Of a DNA stretch of 36,193 nucleotides, positions 34,499 through 36,193 are shown one piece after another; position 1 is the first letter of the stretch; each line of letters begins with the position of its first letter. The notes under the pieces were generated by a model. That model ran no database searches, had not been told where the DNA came from, and saw only the letters and a list, made by a program, of their open reading frames with translations. A program made the translations under genes and the position numbers. The DNA is from Octopus bimaculoides (lineage: Eukaryota). The stretch is taken from positions 137,556,822 to 137,593,014 of the forward strand of contig NC_068983.1 of the NCBI RefSeq assembly GCF_001194135.2. The letters are read 5' to 3'.

Positions 34499-36193
34499 AT
34501 GCCTCCCAAAATATCATCACTGGGCCGTCTCACCAGGAATGCTATGAGGGTAAAGGAAATACGGAAAAACGAAACCACAGAAGAAAGGCAATTAAGATTA
34601 GAAAATCATAGGGAAAAACAGTTTGCTAGACGGCGGACAGAAACAGCAGAACAAAGGCAGGCAAGATTAGAAGCTCGGAAACAGAGCACATATAATTATC
34701 GTACAAATCGCAAGGTAGATATCAGGTATACATTCTTAACCATCACACACCTATAGGAGAAATATAACAAAGTTGTGATATCAACTTTTAGTATTGCAGC
34801 CTCTCCACAATTTTCATTAAAAATGAGCTCAACAAAATTATGAATTAAAGCTCAGTCATACTTTGTATGCTTCCTTGAATCTCCATGTCAGGGTTTGTAG
34901 CTGTGCAATTGATAAACATCAGTGGGCAAGCCAAGTAACTTAGTGTGCTCAGTACTTCATTATCTGGTATTATCTGCAACACAGAAATACGCACATGTAA
35001 TAAAGTATCATGTATGCTATACAGTGTTGAGGGATCACTATCAATTATAAATTGAGTAGAACTTTGGAATCAATGTATGTGATAAAAATCCAAATTTAAT
35101 GAAGCTGCTGTCATGTCAATTGTAAATTCAATCAGGAATTACAATGTTGAAAAATTTTCTGAAGAGAATCTACCAGAGAAAGTCTGTGTGAATTGTGGCA
35201 GCAGNNNNNNNNNNNNNNNNNNNNNNNNNNNNNNNNNNNNNNNNNNNNNNNNNNNNNNNNNNNNNNNNNNNNNNNNNNNNNNNNNNNNNNNNNNNNNNNN
35301 NNNNNNNNNNNNNNNNNNNNNNNNNNNNNNNNNNNNNNNNNNNNNNNNNNNNNNNNNNNNNNNNNNNNNNNNNNNNNNNNNNNNNNNNNNNNNNNNNNNN
35401 NNNNNNNNNNNNNNNNNNNNNNNNNNNNNNNNNNATGTTGAAGACAAATTACAACAGTCTACCATCATGTCAGATTTCAGAATAGGATAAGTATAACATC
35501 CAGCTCCATTCTCGTTTCAGTTTTGGAATTCTGTAGAGATTCTCTGTTCAGGATGATTTTGAATGCTATATATTGCTATATACTTATGTGACTGACAGAC
35601 TCCATTTTTTCTTAGTGGATTCAATGTGGGAATTCAAATATTTGTTAGTCTTACAAACAAGAATTTTTAGTTATCATTGACATTTGCATTAGCCTAAATT
35701 ATTCATTCATCACAGTCCAAATTATTTTCATTGAATTGAAATCTTTATTCTTTTATCTTTTTATTTCTTTCTTTGATCATGCCTCACTTCCTCAACACTC
35801 AGATGAAAATGATACAGAAAAAAAAGAACGAAATACAGCAACACTTAAAGAAGCAACACCAGAATCAAATGTTAAAAAATCAACAATCACATGACAGATG
35901 GTATGTGGTGACTAAAATGGTATTTTGACAATACTATTGAGTTACTATTCTTCTCTTCTGTATATTTCTTCTGAATTAATTGCAAATTTTCATTTTAGGC
36001 AAATGGACAGTGCTTTATCATCTCCAAAGACTTCAAAATGTGTACATCTAACTACTAAAATGCCAGTCCAGCAAGATTCAAGTTTAGCACAAGCATCGCA
36101 AAATATTACAAAGCCAGCTCAGGTGTTGGCATCACCATTTCAAATAACTCCATCCAAATCAAATCTGGTGAAAAATCCAAATCAAACAACCGT
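34499..36193 (+). CDS. STPR-like repeat + BTB/POZ protein, copy 4, 3'-partial; exons 34499..34714, 35803..35900, 35999..>36193
   Basis: Acceptor tctag at 34486. AAG|gtagat, ctcag|ATG, TG|gtatgt, tttag|G. All exons open and homologous to copies 1-3. The BTB part lies beyond the window. Confidence 0.8.

Noticed and set aside
35205-35434. Apparent 230-bp insertion in intron A of copy 4
   Set aside because: The flanks are only 14 nt apart in copy 3 and the interval is all N, so an insertion cannot be told from an overestimated gap.

Overview
Eukaryotic, AT-rich draft-assembly DNA with eight N gaps. The SINE and RTE-LINE families look like those of octopus, so the source is probably a coleoid cephalopod (inference). 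The window holds a head-to-tail array of four paralogous, intron-containing + strand genes spaced about 9.4-11 kb apart. Each has four coding exons whose GT-AG phases join in frame. Exon A encodes 23-aa charged helical repeats (ETxEERQxRL...) resembling the STPR DNA-binding repeat. Exon B is a Q/K-rich linker. A BTB/POZ domain is split across exons C and D, followed by a Ser-rich tail with SUMO-consensus and PxDLS-like motifs. No zinc fingers, BACK or Kelch domain are visible. Copies 1 (547 aa) and 3 (667 aa) are complete, copy 2 is interrupted by a gap, and copy 4 runs off the window end. The repeat exon is the most divergent part: copies 1 and 2 differ at 21 of 72 aa there, versus 21 of 323 aa in exon D. 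Copy 3 carries four extra 23-aa repeats. The candidate new system is a tandemly expanding family of STPR-repeat/BTB regulators with a variable putative DNA-reading module on a conserved BTB module. Intergenic and intronic DNA contains decayed CRE-type and RTE non-LTR elements, a pogo transposase relic, a FAR1/MULE-like domain relic, tRNA-derived SINEs, a MITE and two long fold-backs. All calls come from manual reading; no database searches were run.
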